A stretch of 58,280 bases of DNA, filler included, from Sphacelaria rigidula (taxonomy: Eukaryota), in assembly GCA_964200075.2 (NCBI GenBank). It is 6 parts of 6 records of this genome, joined end to end, with 100 filler letters (N's around TTAATTAATTAA, not from the genome) between each part and the next. Parts side by side here need not be neighbours in the genome. Positions count along the whole stretch, not along the records: positions 9,733 to 19,362 come from CAXNAA020008070.1; positions 19,463 to 29,092 come from CAXNAA020008071.1; 4 more parts are not named here. One strand, written 5' to 3'. Positions 13,930 through 26,314 of the stretch are shown piece by piece. The translations under genes and the position numbers were made by a program. The notes beneath the pieces are model-generated. The model was not told the origin of the DNA. It searched no databases and saw only the letters and a list, made by a program, of their open reading frames with translations. Each line of letters begins with the position of its first letter. The stretch's first letter is position 1.

Positions 13930-14385
13930 TGTGCAGGTTCTCACGACCCATCCTCGACAATATCTGCTCCCGTAAATTTTCAAACGCCCTGTTCTCTGTT
14001 ACCGATACTGCTGAAATAGAACGGGGTGGTCTCCGCGACGCTGATTTGCTCGAATCTGCTCTTCGCTATGAACGTTTGATTCAGTGCAAATATGCAATTA
14101 TTTCTGCGGGCAAGATGGCTGACACTATCACCATAGTTTTCTCACGGTTCGGGCGAATCATCGCCAGTTCGAATCACCGAATCCACGCTTTTTGCAGGCC
14201 TGATTGCTCGAGAGAGAAAAATCTTGACCGCTGGTCCAAAAGGTCTCCACGCAAATTTTGCGTCATTCCACGTGCCTGGGCAGCGCGTACCTGGGTTGGG
14301 ACGCTAAAAGAAAAACCTAGGGATGGATTCGTGCGGTACGAATCAATTTCACTAAAACCAAGCAATATCCAGACGACTCGTCAGC
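13930..14385 (-). repeat. Interspersed repeat, inverted homologue of ~40255-40555
   Basis: Conceptual translations match (TQVRAAQARGMTQNLRGDLLDQRSRFFSL vs TQVHAAQTPRGMAQKLRLYPLDQRSTFFSL), reflecting DNA homology. Confidence 0.7.
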
Positions 14386-17172
14386 TAGTCCGACCCTTGT
14401 AATTTTTCGTTGGACTAGACACCTTGACCTAAGCGGGCAAATAATAATGATTGATTTTGATTGATTGGTTGTCGCACTTCATGTAGGATGAAAGCAAGTA
14501 TCCCAATTACGGCGAGGGACCCATCGCCGGGGGGGGGGGGGGGGGGGGCGTCCTTATTTTTTGCTTGCTTTAGTCGTCCGGGAGGGACGGAGCATTTTTG
14601 ATGAGATGTACCTCCCACGGTTGTGGTAATATGGCGCCGGATTGCACCGACACCAGAATAATGCACAGCCGACAACAAGCCGGTAGATTAAGCCCCATCG
14701 ATGCATACCCGAAAATGATCCGCATCGTTCACGTCTGAGAGTCGCCCACCGGGCACCAGGCATCCGGTTGTCGCCAGTCGATGAGTGGAGGGCTTCGAAG
14801 GCGAGACGGACGCTCGCCAGCCACTTGAACCCCCGTAATGTTTTAGGTCACAGAAGCTGATCTAAGAAAACATCTGAACACGCGCCAGGATCACTCGCCC
14901 GTCGGCGGAGTAACCGCCGGATGGAGAGAACGTGACCCTGTGTGCGTGCCGCACAGCGAAGCACGGTACGCGAACACTCGGATGCCACAAGTGCACAAAT
15001 GAAAAAGGTCGGACCGTGGAACGATTGCTACTGAAATATTCGCGCAGGTCCTTCAAGGATCAAGCAGAGGCAACGCAAAAACGTCGTCGTTAAACAAACG
15101 GTCTCTGCGCCGTGGCTTCGGCGCGTATCATCGTGCACCAAAACCCAAGTCCTATGGCAAAAATTAAAACAAAACACAAGACCGAAAACCCAAACGATCA
15201 CAGGCGAAGCATATGTGTAGACCTCACTACCACAGGGATAAACCACACACCCAGCCCCCAAGAGACCGAGATACTATACAGACAATCACAGACACCGACA
15301 ACAAAGAACACACACTGAGGAGGGCTAGAAAATACGAAGAAAGCCGAGAAGGAAGACAAAAACATATCAGCCCGCCGAACACCGCGCCACAGAGGACAAC
15401 TGAACCACGCAATACGAGGCGCCTAGTACCCAGAACCCACGGCCCAAGTCCGCGACTCAGTGGGCCAAACAGGGATACCTTTTGTGCGATATGCGCCGAA
15501 CTTATCACACGACTCCATACTCCGGCATGGAGCGCAACACATCCGCAAGCCCCGACAGCAGCCGTCCTCACAGATCGCTGCCGCCCCCAACACCACAACG
15601 CGTCGGCGCCGACATGCGGAGACAAAGAATTCACCACGACCACAGAAGGATTTAAAATTCTCCGTGACAGGCGGGTAGGAACCGTCACCCCAACTTCCGG
15701 CGGGGCAGACTATCGTGGATCCAAAGTGAGGTTTAACTTCCCGCCCCACTCTCCGTTCATTTATCACGGAGTTGTTACATCCTTCACTCCGACAGCGTGG
15801 AGGCTTTCCGTAGACGCCTGGAAAATTCACACGACCCCCTATCCCACAGCCAGGCGGAAGCCTCGCGTACCAACGGAATCTTTCCATCCCCGACCCACAG
15901 GACGGGGCATGCCGCGGTGAAACAGTCCCGCCGAGGTATCTGCACCCTCCGTCCATGTGCTCCGAGCGATTTCCTTGACCTGAAGGTCGCCTGCACAGGG
16001 AGTCAAGGATTAGAGGTGACGGCGCGGCAAGGACACGGTGAGCGCAATGAAATGAAGACAGAGAAAAAAAACAGCGCGAGTATCGTGTGCATCGCCGAAG
16101 GTGTGGCGCGGATGCAGTGTGCACAGCGGTGCACGCACAACGTGCGCCGGCCACGACATTTTGTCGCCGGAATGGCAGGCATGAACATAATTTGGTGTGG
16201 GAGATAAGCGCTGAAGTACGGAGGCAAGAGGTAGTGTTCATGCCATAGCACAGAAACGGCGAAGACGAGACAATATGTGAATGCGAACCCGCGGTTCGAC
16301 AGAAAACTACTCCTATCGTAGCACAATACTGCTGCCGCGCCCTGCTGGTGTCATGGGACTTTTATCACCATTGGATGGACGAAATGTGGATTCCATCCCC
16401 CAAGGTTTGTCTTCTTTAATTTGTGCGTGTGAGCTCCCAACTTCATTCCGATATCACTTGTTTCGACAAAAACATGGCCCGAGCGCGTAGCACTATTAAA
16501 AGATACAAGTTCTTTCGTATGCGATGGCAGTACTGTACACGGGTTAGGAGCTCTCACTAGGGCTTTCGACAGAAAATACACGGAGAAAACGCCGCAATCA
16601 CCAAACCGTTGAAATCGTTCTATTTCGTAAATTCTGCACCGCGTTCGAGCATAGTGTCGAAGCACTTGGTGGCCGTCTCCACATCGAGAACGCGCTTTGA
16701 TGGAGGCGTCTATGGCAGTTCACGCACCGACGGGATAACGTGCTGAGTGAGTGTCTAGCAGCTTTTTTCCATCGAAAAAAAAGAGCGATGTGGCAAGTCA
16801 TTTTAGCGAAATTCGATATTGTAACTCGATTTGGGTCGAAGCTAATTTTCAAGCTTTCTATCGGAAAAGGACGGTGAAATTTTGTGAACAATACGGACAG
16901 TCCGTACTGTCTGCGCTGTTTGAATGCAGTGTATTTTGAGTTCGTGTCTGCATGTTTCGTGCAGCAGGATGTGAGAGAGGAGCGGGCAACATGCAGAACC
17001 TCCACCGCAGCACCATCTGTTCTCTCTGCCCACAATGCGACGTGAAAAGGACTCAGACAACGCGCAGCTTTGTACATGCATTGCGTCTATGACCGCGTCC
17101 GCGAGGGGGTTGGCCACCTCACCACGCCGTTCTAACCCTCGTCCCTACGATGAAAGAAGATAGCCGAGTTTT

Positions 17173-18247
17173 CACACGTCGGACGAACACGAGAACGAAT
17201 CGTGGCTTGTACTCGTTGGGCTGCTCGTGGTGGGAAATAGTATTAGGGTGAGTACTAGAATTATTGCTCGTGGTGAAAAAAAATGAAGAGGGCGAGTACT
17301 CGAGTCATTGGTCGTTGTGGGAGTACATTAATAGGGCGAGTACGCGAATCATTGCTCGTGGTGAAAAAACATCACACGTCGGACTAGTCATTAGTCGTCG
17401 AAACGACTGCACTCGTGGACCTTTTTTAAAACACAATGAGCATGACTCGCGTGCTCGAGCCATCGTTTCTTTTTACAACGAGCAACGACTCGTGTGCTCG
17501 AGTCATTATTTTTTTACAGCGAGCAATGACTCGAGTGCTCGCCCTAAAAAATTGTGAATGCACTACTCGAGAGATACTTTCCGCTGCTTTGGTAAAACTC
17601 TGATCAAAACTCTGATCACTATGTGTGTGGGGGTGCTTGGATAAACTGGAAACTAACTTTCGAGCTTGACGCTTGCACATTTACAGACATGCATATTAAC
17701 TTGAAGATTCTAGGTTCAAGATCGTCGAAGGGCTCATTGCAATTATTTGCTCGTCGGATTGCTGGCTACTCCACTCAAGTCATTCATCATGAACATTGAG
17801 TCGAGTGCCCGCCCTATTATTTTTTTTCACAGCGAGCAGCCCAACGAGTGTGAGTGCCACTAGTCATACTCGTGCTCGTCCGGCGTGTGAAAAAAATAGA
17901 GGGCGAATACTCGAGTCATTGCTCGTAGTGGCAAAAATTAGTAGGGCGAGTACTCGAGTCATTGCTCGTAGTGGCAAAAATTAATAGGGCGAGTACTCGA
18001 GTCATTGCCCGTGATGGAAAAAAATAGTAGGGCGAGCGCTCGAGTCATTGCTCGTGGCGGAGAAAATTCATAGGTCTAGCACTCGAGTAATTGTTCGTGG
18101 TGAAAAAAAACATGACTCCAGTGCACGAGTCAACGGTCTTGGTGAAGACAAATACATAACTCGAGCACACGAGCCGTACTCGTGGTGTTTTCAAGAAACA
18201 TTAACGAGTGCACTCGTTTCGATGAGTAATGACTCGTCCGACGTGTG
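17173..18247 (+). mobile_element. Non-autonomous hAT-like DNA transposon (MITE), outer copy
   Basis: TIRs cacacgtcggac...gtccgacgtgtg; 8-bp flanks cgagtttt / caagtttt (7/8 TSD); subterminal ~41-bp repeats gggcgagtactcgagtcattgctcgt. Confidence 0.75.
17373..17889 (-). mobile_element. Same hAT-like MITE family, nested in opposite orientation
   Basis: Ends cacacgtcggac (17373) and gtccggcgtgtg (17889); flanks aaaaacat / aaaaaaat (7/8 TSD); end types are swapped relative to the outer copy. Confidence 0.7.
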
Positions 18248-19169
18248 CAAGTTTTCGCCGACAAGATGTACACAAAGCATACGCAACTACTGCAGTACAT
18301 CCATCTCTGTGCTCAACTCCTACTCAATGCTGCAGGGTTGCGACCATAGCCAACGATGAGTGGTGTGTACTAGTTTGCATGATCATGTGGACGGATGGTA
18401 TGTGGCGTGGTAGTCTAAAAGCCAGGGGTCCAGCACCTCTTCGTGCCTTTCCCCCGCATTTTTGTTAGAAAAAGGTTGGCTTTACTGTTTTTCACTTCTT
18501 CTCCGCTCGCCACTAAGGCCGTGTCTTAGCATGTCATATTTCGATCGAAACGTGCAGTGGAAAACAGAAACTCCGATGAAATAGGTCGTAATTTGAACCA
18601 GCTTCAAAAGAAGCCACGACAGCTGAATAGCAGGAACGGTAGTGGAAGGACGAGCCTACAGATGTGACCACGGGTTCCAGAGATCGGACTAATGTGCGCA
18701 AACAATAATTCAATACAAAATAGGTGAAATCACGGCTAATCAAATCTGAGTATTCCTTTTCCACCGTACATTTCCCATATTAAAATGATGTGCGAAGGCA
18801 CGCCGTAATGATGAAACAATCGTTGATGCCAACTAGGAGCAGAACGCGGTGGACATATGCGATGACAATTATTTTTTCCACCACACTTTTTCGAGCGACA
18901 AAAACATACACGAAGATATGTCATCCATGGGAAGGTGTTGACGTCGAAACATGATGTTTTACTGCTGGTAGACACCATCCGCCTTTGCGCCTTCGGCGTC
19001 AACCCGCGGCGGGCAGGAATCGCTGAACCAAACCTGATTGGCCCATCTGTACCTCTCCATACATAAGGGTCGTTCCCCAGTTGAGACGAACGCCTATTCC
19101 GTGGCAACAGAAAAGGTGAACGCCGTTCGCTTAGCGGTGTTCACTGACCGCGAAAGGAACAGGTACGGT

Positions 19170-19301
19170 AGGTGCTGGTATCTTGAAATACCGTGGTATC
19201 GTGGGTATCGTAGGTATGACACTTGAAAATACCCGATTGGGTGGGTATCGGTAGGGTATGAGGTGTCCGAAATATCGGTACGGGGTACCTGCCTTACCCT
19301 C
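19170..19301. mobile_element. Short palindromic MITE-like element (GGTAC/GGTAT-rich)
   Basis: Imperfect TIR aggtacggtaggt...acctgccttaccct; the right half recurs at 29193-29251. Confidence 0.5.
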
Positions 19302-19362
19302 TATACTGATTTCAAAACTGCCATCCGGCAGTGCGGAAAAGCGTTTGAGATCCCTGTGCAAG

Positions 19363-19462
19363 NNNNNNNNNNNNNNNNNNNNNNNNNNNNNNNNNNNNNN
19401 NNNNNNTTAATTAATTAANNNNNNNNNNNNNNNNNNNNNNNNNNNNNNNNNNNNNNNNNNNN
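19363..19462. other. Artificial contig-joining spacer
   Basis: N44-TTAATTAATTAA-N44. Confidence 0.98.
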
Positions 19463-20379
19463 CTATCGCCGGGAGTGATGTCACTGCAAAGTTGGTGTAC
19501 CCTGGCCCTGGCCCATAAAAAAGCCTTCGAAGCGAAAGAAACCCCAAGTTGTCGGGGCTCGGATACCCGATTTTTCCGTCATTTATTTTCATTTTATGTA
19601 GGCCCGACCTCCCATCCCCCGATTTTTTGGGGGGTCACCATCCTATAGCAAACCCTAGTTGATAACACTAACACGTAGTGCTCAGGGGAAATTCGGGAAT
19701 ATATGTAACTTACTATATATGTGGTCATGTTCACAAGGCGACTGAATGTAGCGACGCAGTACAACGAGAGATGGAGCTAGAGGCATGAGTTCTGCGTATC
19801 CCTCTGTCGAAGCGGTACAAGCGGCGGTGGGGTTGTATATAACCGACGGTAACGAACGAGCTGTGTATAGGCAGCTCACCTCTGTCGCAGAGAACTGCCC
19901 AGAACATGTGGGGGAGTATGCAGCGGCAGCAGTTGCTGCATGCGGAAAGGCGTACTGTACTGTATGGGCGGCGCAACGTCTATGCCCTTCGAAGAGAATT
20001 TGCCACTTGCAACAAAGAGGGAAATCGCGGCCCACCCCGACCACAAAGGGCTGTGTGACAAAGTGATGGGGACATTATCCCAGGCCACAAGTGGCGAGCG
20101 GCGGTTGCCACATCCTGTCGAAAGTTCTCCACCGCGACTTATACTGCTTGATACATGTGTACATTACCTTATGCGCACAACCACCCGAATTATAGTACAG
20201 ACATTTTGTACCTGCACCTGAGAATAGATTGGGTGAAACCTTCGGTTTTCATCTGACCCTGCGGTTTTACATACATACGTTGGTTTTTAGCAACATAATG
20301 CCACTGTTTCATGTATATGCAGGACACGTCCCTCCTTACCAGCCTCATTGGTCGTTCTGGAGGCCCAGTGCCAAAAGGG
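19463..20379 (+). mobile_element. piggyBac-like non-autonomous element (left end cut off by contig start)
   Basis: Ends ccaaaaggg followed by TTAA (20380-20383); homologous in inverted orientation to 48652-49523. Confidence 0.55.
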
Positions 20380-21727
20380 TTAACCTTTGATGCGTTGAGC
20401 TTTTCGGACCGGCAAGTGTTCAGCCCAGGCCCTCACTTATATAGTGGGGCCTAGATGCGTTTTTTTCTCGTTTTCTGCGAGTGTCCGTCCCTACTGGGCG
20501 AAGATTGACGATGAAGCCGGAACGATCCGTGGCGATCTGCGAGTCTGACCGACGCTGTACCTACTATAATCGTCATCAGACAGGAGGTGGTAAATAGAAA
20601 TAGAAACGGGTGAAAATGGTATCGATCGTTTTAATGTAGACCGGGCTATCGGCGCCTTGTGCAGCCACGGCTGCGGCTCTGACACCTTCCTGTAGTACCA
20701 ATCAACACATCGTCCAGGTTTCGGCGTCATGACAAGCAAGGTGTGAAGTTTCTTGGCGTCTAACCTTGAAAAAAACAGCCTCCATGTTATCGAAAAGGAG
20801 TAACACTGCATTACGAACAATCTGAGAGCGTTGTCAAGCGCTGCGAGGCCAGCATTCTGCAAAACGTGAAATGCTGAAAGTGTTTGCGTACATGGTGCAA
20901 TGTGGAATCGAGAGTAATTTGTAAAATATCTACTATGTACACTTCATCTACACGTATACAATCAGTACAATAGTACAATAGCCGCCGTTTCCCATTCGAC
21001 AAAGCCATACATCACCGGCCGGTTTGGGCGGAGTAATAACAGTCTGTTCGCATCCCCTTAAGGACAGTCATTGTCATTGGTCGCTGTCGTAAAAGGCGTA
21101 CTAGAACCTGAGTCGACATTTTTTTTCAGCAGAGTTAACCGGAGTTGGGGTATAATCTATCCATGGTTGATTTCTCTTGGTATAAGTGCGAACGACGAAA
21201 ATCGAATCCATAGTGAGGCTTGACAGTCCCGTGTGCGTCGAGCGTTCGCAGAACGCGTTTTGGTTCAAATCGGCGCCTGTGGCGCCGATGTGACGTCTAC
21301 CAACGTCGCACATTGCCAAGGGAACTCTGTGCACCTTCCTTGCCCGAGGGTTCTCGGTATGCCCTGGGTTGGGTTTAGGGTTAGGGTTAAGTTTAGTTGT
21401 AAACCGGGCACATGTGGAACAGGTCATGATCTGTCTGAAACAACTCATTAAAGAAGACTCTCAGAATCCGTTGGAAAAAAAACAAACCACCACGATATGT
21501 AATCGTGGAGTCAGAAAAAAACAAAGCTCAACCTTTGCGTTACGGGGCGTGCTCGGCGTCCGGCGCGGTAAGGAGCAAACATGGAGTAGAAAAGGAGGGT
21601 CAGATGATCCGGATCATGATCATGCCCTGAACAAAAGACTACACAGTCGAAAAGTGTACTGCGTACAGTATCGACTGTTGCGCCTATCGCACTAGACAAG
21701 AGATTCCATACTGTAGGCTACCGCCGC

Positions 21728-21796
21728 GCCTCGGTGGTGTAATGATCCGACTGTCGCCATTAGGGTGGAGAGAACGGGGGTTCGATTCCCGATGCA
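21728..21796 (+). mobile_element. tRNA-derived (tRNA-Gly-like) SINE head or tRNA pseudogene
   Basis: A-box tggtgtaatga, B-box ggttcgattcc, acceptor stem gcctcgg/ccgatgc(a) with 6/7 pairs; anticodon and T arms degenerate. Confidence 0.5.
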
Positions 21797-22564
21797 CTGG
21801 GATTGTTCTTCGTAACGTATGATTCCCACCGTGGAACGCGTGAGAACGTGAGTAAACAAAGTAGTCGACTAGATTTGTGTGACGTGAGTTGACGCGGTTC
21901 GGGAGTCATGATCCAATCCTCGAGACCAAAATGCAAGGCACGTACCGGGGGAGAGATGGGTCGATCCCTTGAGACCACGGACTCATCCCGAGGAAATGGA
22001 GGGGTTCAAAGTGTGAGGAGAAAAAAAAAAGGCAGTACATTTTTTGGCGATAGAACCTGTTGTCTAGCGTGTAATCATGGTCCGAATCAATGTACTGGGA
22101 AGTAATTTTCAGACAGATCATCATCTGTGCGACATGTGAAACTGTGTCGACCGTTGATATAATGTAGCCCAGCTCCGGTTAACCCACCTTTTTGTCGACA
22201 TGAGTCGACCGACTGCTGTAGTATTGATGGTCATCATCCAGTGTTGAGTTTTTCAATTACAAATTACCAGGCGGATGGGGTACTGGGGTAGAGATCGATG
22301 AATCTCGTGAGACTATGGGCTCGTCCGATGGAATGAGACAAGAGGAAAGACTCGAAAGCATTGAAGCATTGGTGGGGTGGAGAGACGGAGGAAAAAAAAA
22401 CGGTCGGGTAAGCCGTTCAACTCCCGTGCAAAAGAAAATATAAGGAAAAAAGAACACACGGCAATTGTTACATATCTCTGTTTTATTCCGGAGTATATGT
22501 GTCGCGTACCGCCTCATAGACTATTTTTGTACTGCTCTATTTTCGCTCCCCCTGTTTTTTTCAG

Positions 22565-22650
22565 GGCGGCGATGGCGGATTATTCAGTCAAGTGCGGGAA
22601 GATATTCCGCGCTAAATACATCTACTTTGAGAACCCCAGGGAATTCCCAG
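22565..22650 (+). CDS. FAD1: FAD synthase (PAPS-reductase family), internal exon A
   Basis: ttttttcag|...|gtacag; AAMADYSVKCGKIFRAKYIYFENPREFP; phase-1 splice to the next exon gives EFPE. Confidence 0.75.
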
Positions 22651-23618
22651 GTACAGTTATAACCATGCGTGTACAGTCGTGAATGAAGGATGAGTGCCCA
22701 CGTGAACGAGAGCACTGCAGTATCAAAACTGATCAGCGATTCCACGGGCCCAGTTTCTATAGTTTACTTGACATCCACATGCTCGTTAGAAGAGGCGTTA
22801 TGTCTATTATTGATGATTATTTTATTTTATTTTATTATCGCACTTTGAATCCCTCCCCTCCCTCGGGATGAGTCCGTGATCTCAAGGGACCAGCCCATCT
22901 CTCCCTCGGTATTATAGTGAGTAAACAGTTGTTCTGAATCCCAAATGTGGCATGGTCTATCTGGGTCCATCCGGGGGGAGGGTCGCGGTCAAAGGGCCGT
23001 GTAGAAAAAGCGCCGGAAGCGTTCTTCGGACCCCCAATTTTGCAGCCTGCAATTTTGTACCGTGCGGTGGGTTGAACGGTGGCTGTAGAAGGCCGATGGT
23101 GGCCAAACGTGGATACTCTTCGGACCACACCGGGTCCGGAAATGGAAGAAGGGGGTATAGGATGAACATGGTTGGTGGATGCACCCACCCGACTATCGGA
23201 CTCCAAAGAGGATTCTGCGAGATCCCTTGTGCCCCGCGGTGCTGTTTGGTCCTGAATAACCTTATTTCTTCGCGGGATTTTGGTATATATGCTTTGCATG
23301 GGCTGTGGGCGTATGGTGTTTGCGTCAGGATTGATTTTTTTTAGTGGTTTTGACCTAAGCACGGGCAGCCCCAACTTTCGCGTTGACCTGTAGCCAGTAT
23401 TTGGCTGAGAGGGGGTGGGTGTACCCCCATTTTGTTCATTGCCCTCATTGTTATATTATTATTATTGATGATCATTTATTGTTTTTGTCACTATTTCCCA
23501 CAAGTAGATGTAGTATATATCGCTGATACAATTTTTTTATTCTCTTGTGTTTGGTTTATCGGCGCTGCTTGTATCGGTTCGCCTTCTTCTCTTTGTTGGG
23601 GTGGCGGTGACACTCCAG

Positions 23619-23817
23619 AGGTGAGGGAACTAGTCAAGGACCACGAGGAGAAATACAACCTCGACCTGCACAGGTCGAGGTTGGGTTTCGTGAAGGGGCT
23701 TGCGCAGCACATCAAGGACGAGAGCGGGGGAATCGAAGACTTGTCTTTCGGTTTTGTTTTGGGGACTCGTAAGGGCGACCCTAACTGCGGGGTACAGCAC
23801 AGCTTCTCCCCCAGCAG
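23619..23817 (+). CDS. FAD1: FAD synthase, internal exon B
   Basis: ctccag|...|gtgatt; EVRELVKDHEEKYNLDL...FVLGTRKGDPNCGVQHSFSPS contains the G-x-R-x-x-D-P motif; phases compatible on both sides. Confidence 0.85.
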
Positions 23818-25768
23818 GTGATTTTTGTATGCCACATGCATATATTTACATGAATTTCTTTCCCTCCTCTTGTATCTCGCCTTTTTGTTTGTCCCGGTTC
23901 TTACTCTTCGTTTTTTTGGTTGGCCTAATTTTTGTCCTTCCCTCTTTTTCCCTGTTTTCTCTAGTTTTCGTTTCTCTTTTTATATTATTGTTGCAACTTT
24001 CCGTGTTTTCCCTTTTTTCCTTCTCTTTTTCGTCCGTTTTTTTTCCCCAAGATGTCCGTTGTTCTGTTCGTGTGCCCCTTCACGCCAAGCGTTTCTAGTT
24101 AATTTGCCCTCCTAGCTAGGGTACTGTACATCCACGTACTGTGACCACCCCTCGGTTTCCCAGCGCATCAGTGAATAGGAAAGGCAATCCCATCAGTCAA
24201 TATTGCGATGCACCGCAGCATGTACTATACGGTACCAACATGGGTCGAGCGTACCCCCACTTTCCCTCGGAAAAAAAAAAGAAAGAAAGAAGAAAAGTTC
24301 GAATGACCGTTGCATAGATAGCTGGTGTTACAAAAGGATGTACTTGGTACATTTTTACCAGGGACATTACTCGCCATTCCACCCCGATGGTCAAAACGCG
24401 GTACAGAACTAGACCGTCGGTCAGGTTGGGCGGAGTAGTAGTAGAAGTGGTGGGTTCGACTCCGCCCGCGCCCTGGAAAAGCGTAAAAATACGAGTCAAC
24501 ACGAACAAATCTATGAGAGTTGAATAGTTGCGGTAATGCGGGTCCACGCTTGATACCATGATGGCGGGCAGGTATGATAAGCACCGGGGTGAATATGAGA
24601 TAATCCCTTGAGGCTATGGATGCATCTCGAGGAAGGCAGAAAGTGGTCGAAAGCACGAAGGGGACCCCCCTTTCCCCCTTCCCTCCCCAACAGATATACG
24701 CTTCATTCGTCACGGCACTTCGTTGGCCCAGTGATACGATCGAAGCCATTATAATAGGTCGGAAGAATCCGGGTTCGATATGTTTCTGGTAGATGAATTT
24801 GGGGGGGGTTATTTGAAAGCATCGTGTCTGATTCCCGTCTTTCAAAACGCGAGGACGTACGTGAGTGACAAAAAAGGATTCATTTGGTGAGAGTCGAACG
24901 CGGCGCAGGAGTGCTTGGTCATGATCCAATTCACGACACGAAAACGCAAGGCATGTACAGTACCGGGGAAGGGCGGAGGGGGGGTGGGGAAGAGAGAGAG
25001 GCGTTCTCATTCATCGCTTGCCGTAGTCGTTGGGTCATTGACCATTGACCACGCATCCCTTGCGAGACGGAGCACCGCTCCTACTCCTGATATATCGGGT
25101 GAGGAGTGGGTTGATTAATCCCTTGAGATATGAGACCATGGACTCGTCCTGAGGAAGGGGGAGGGGGGTGAAATTTTGCCCCCGAAAAATGAGACAAAGG
25201 CTGGGTCGCCCGCACTGTTGGAAAGTGCGGTACAGTAGATTGTTTACCTGTCGATAGGTGGTCAACCCAAGATCGGTAGCCGACCAACTGTGAAGTGAGC
25301 ACCCTGATGGAAAATGTAGAGGCAGGTCTTCGGTTCACTTCAGTGTGTCGGTTCACGAGACCTTGTGTTTTTAGTTGCATGTTTTGGTAGCCCGTTGGGT
25401 GTTTCTGGGCGGCAATTGTGGTATCTTTTTTCATGGGGCTATCGAATGCTTCGTGCTCTGGTCGTCTCTCTTGCCCCCGCCCTCGCCCCCGCCCCCTCCC
25501 GCCTACCGCGGCTGTCTCTGCAAGTGGCGATACCAGAGAATGACGCAATTCATGCGAGGCTATCATTCATATGCAAGATATTTTGTGCGATCCGGGCCGA
25601 GCAATCTTGTCAGGATGCAGCTCACCCTTCATGCGACTCATTGAACACATCACGGCGCTCCGCGCTCGGTGATTCGGAGCCTGGTTTGGCGAAAACCCGG
25701 CGTGCTCCGTCTCGGCATTGTAGAGATGCTAAGTCATGACTGACTGCGGCATGCAATATCATGGGTAC

Positions 25769-25804
<36 letters not shown>

Positions 25805-26186
25805 CCCCCCCCGCTCCCCCCCGCACCCACCAAACAGGGGACTAGGGGCAGCANNNNNNNNNNGCGCCTTGTAGGCAGTGTATCGATTCTTAATCATGGC
25901 TCACCCACCCCGGCGATAACCCCCCCCCCCCCCCCCCCCCCCCACCCCTCCCGCCCTCCACAGACGGCGAAACAGGAAGGGGATATGATGTGCAAGACGG
26001 AACACCTCGCCCCCATCTTTCAGGATATTTTGTTGATTGGTGCTTTCGGTTGGCAGCTATTTTTCCGGTGCTGTTGTCGTTGTCGTTGCCGTTGTCGTCG
26101 TTGTTGTCGCTGTGCTTGGATGTTTCGCCTGACCTGTCAATTCTGTCAATTCCATGTTTTCGACTGTCTGGTTCCATGATTGTCAG

Positions 26187-26314
26187 TGATTGGATGCCGC
26201 CGTTCATGCGAGTCAACCCGATATTGGAGTGGGACTACGGCCAGGTGTGGGCGTTCCTTCGCAAGTTTAATCTGCCCTACTGCTCGCTCTACGACAAGGG
26301 CTACACATCCTTGG
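26187..26314 (+). CDS. FAD1: FAD synthase, internal exon C
   Basis: tgtcag|...|gtgagc; [43 protein letters not shown] is the hallmark FAD synthase motif. First and last exons not found in this contig. Confidence 0.92.

Noticed and set aside
18736-18850. RLFHHYGVPSHII resembling a Ty3/gypsy integrase segment
   Set aside because: The expected following SDxG motif and the other integrase residues are absent; too short to support.
21366-21396. Telomere-like TTAGGG tract (also at ~57225-57252)
   Set aside because: Only a few degenerate units inside interspersed repeats; not a chromosome end.
24451-24465. Isolated B-box-like gggttcgactcc
   Set aside because: No convincing A-box or cloverleaf nearby.
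25770-25945. Poly-proline or poly-glycine ORFs
   Set aside because: Poly-C tracts next to a 10-N gap within an FAD synthase intron; low-complexity or assembly noise.
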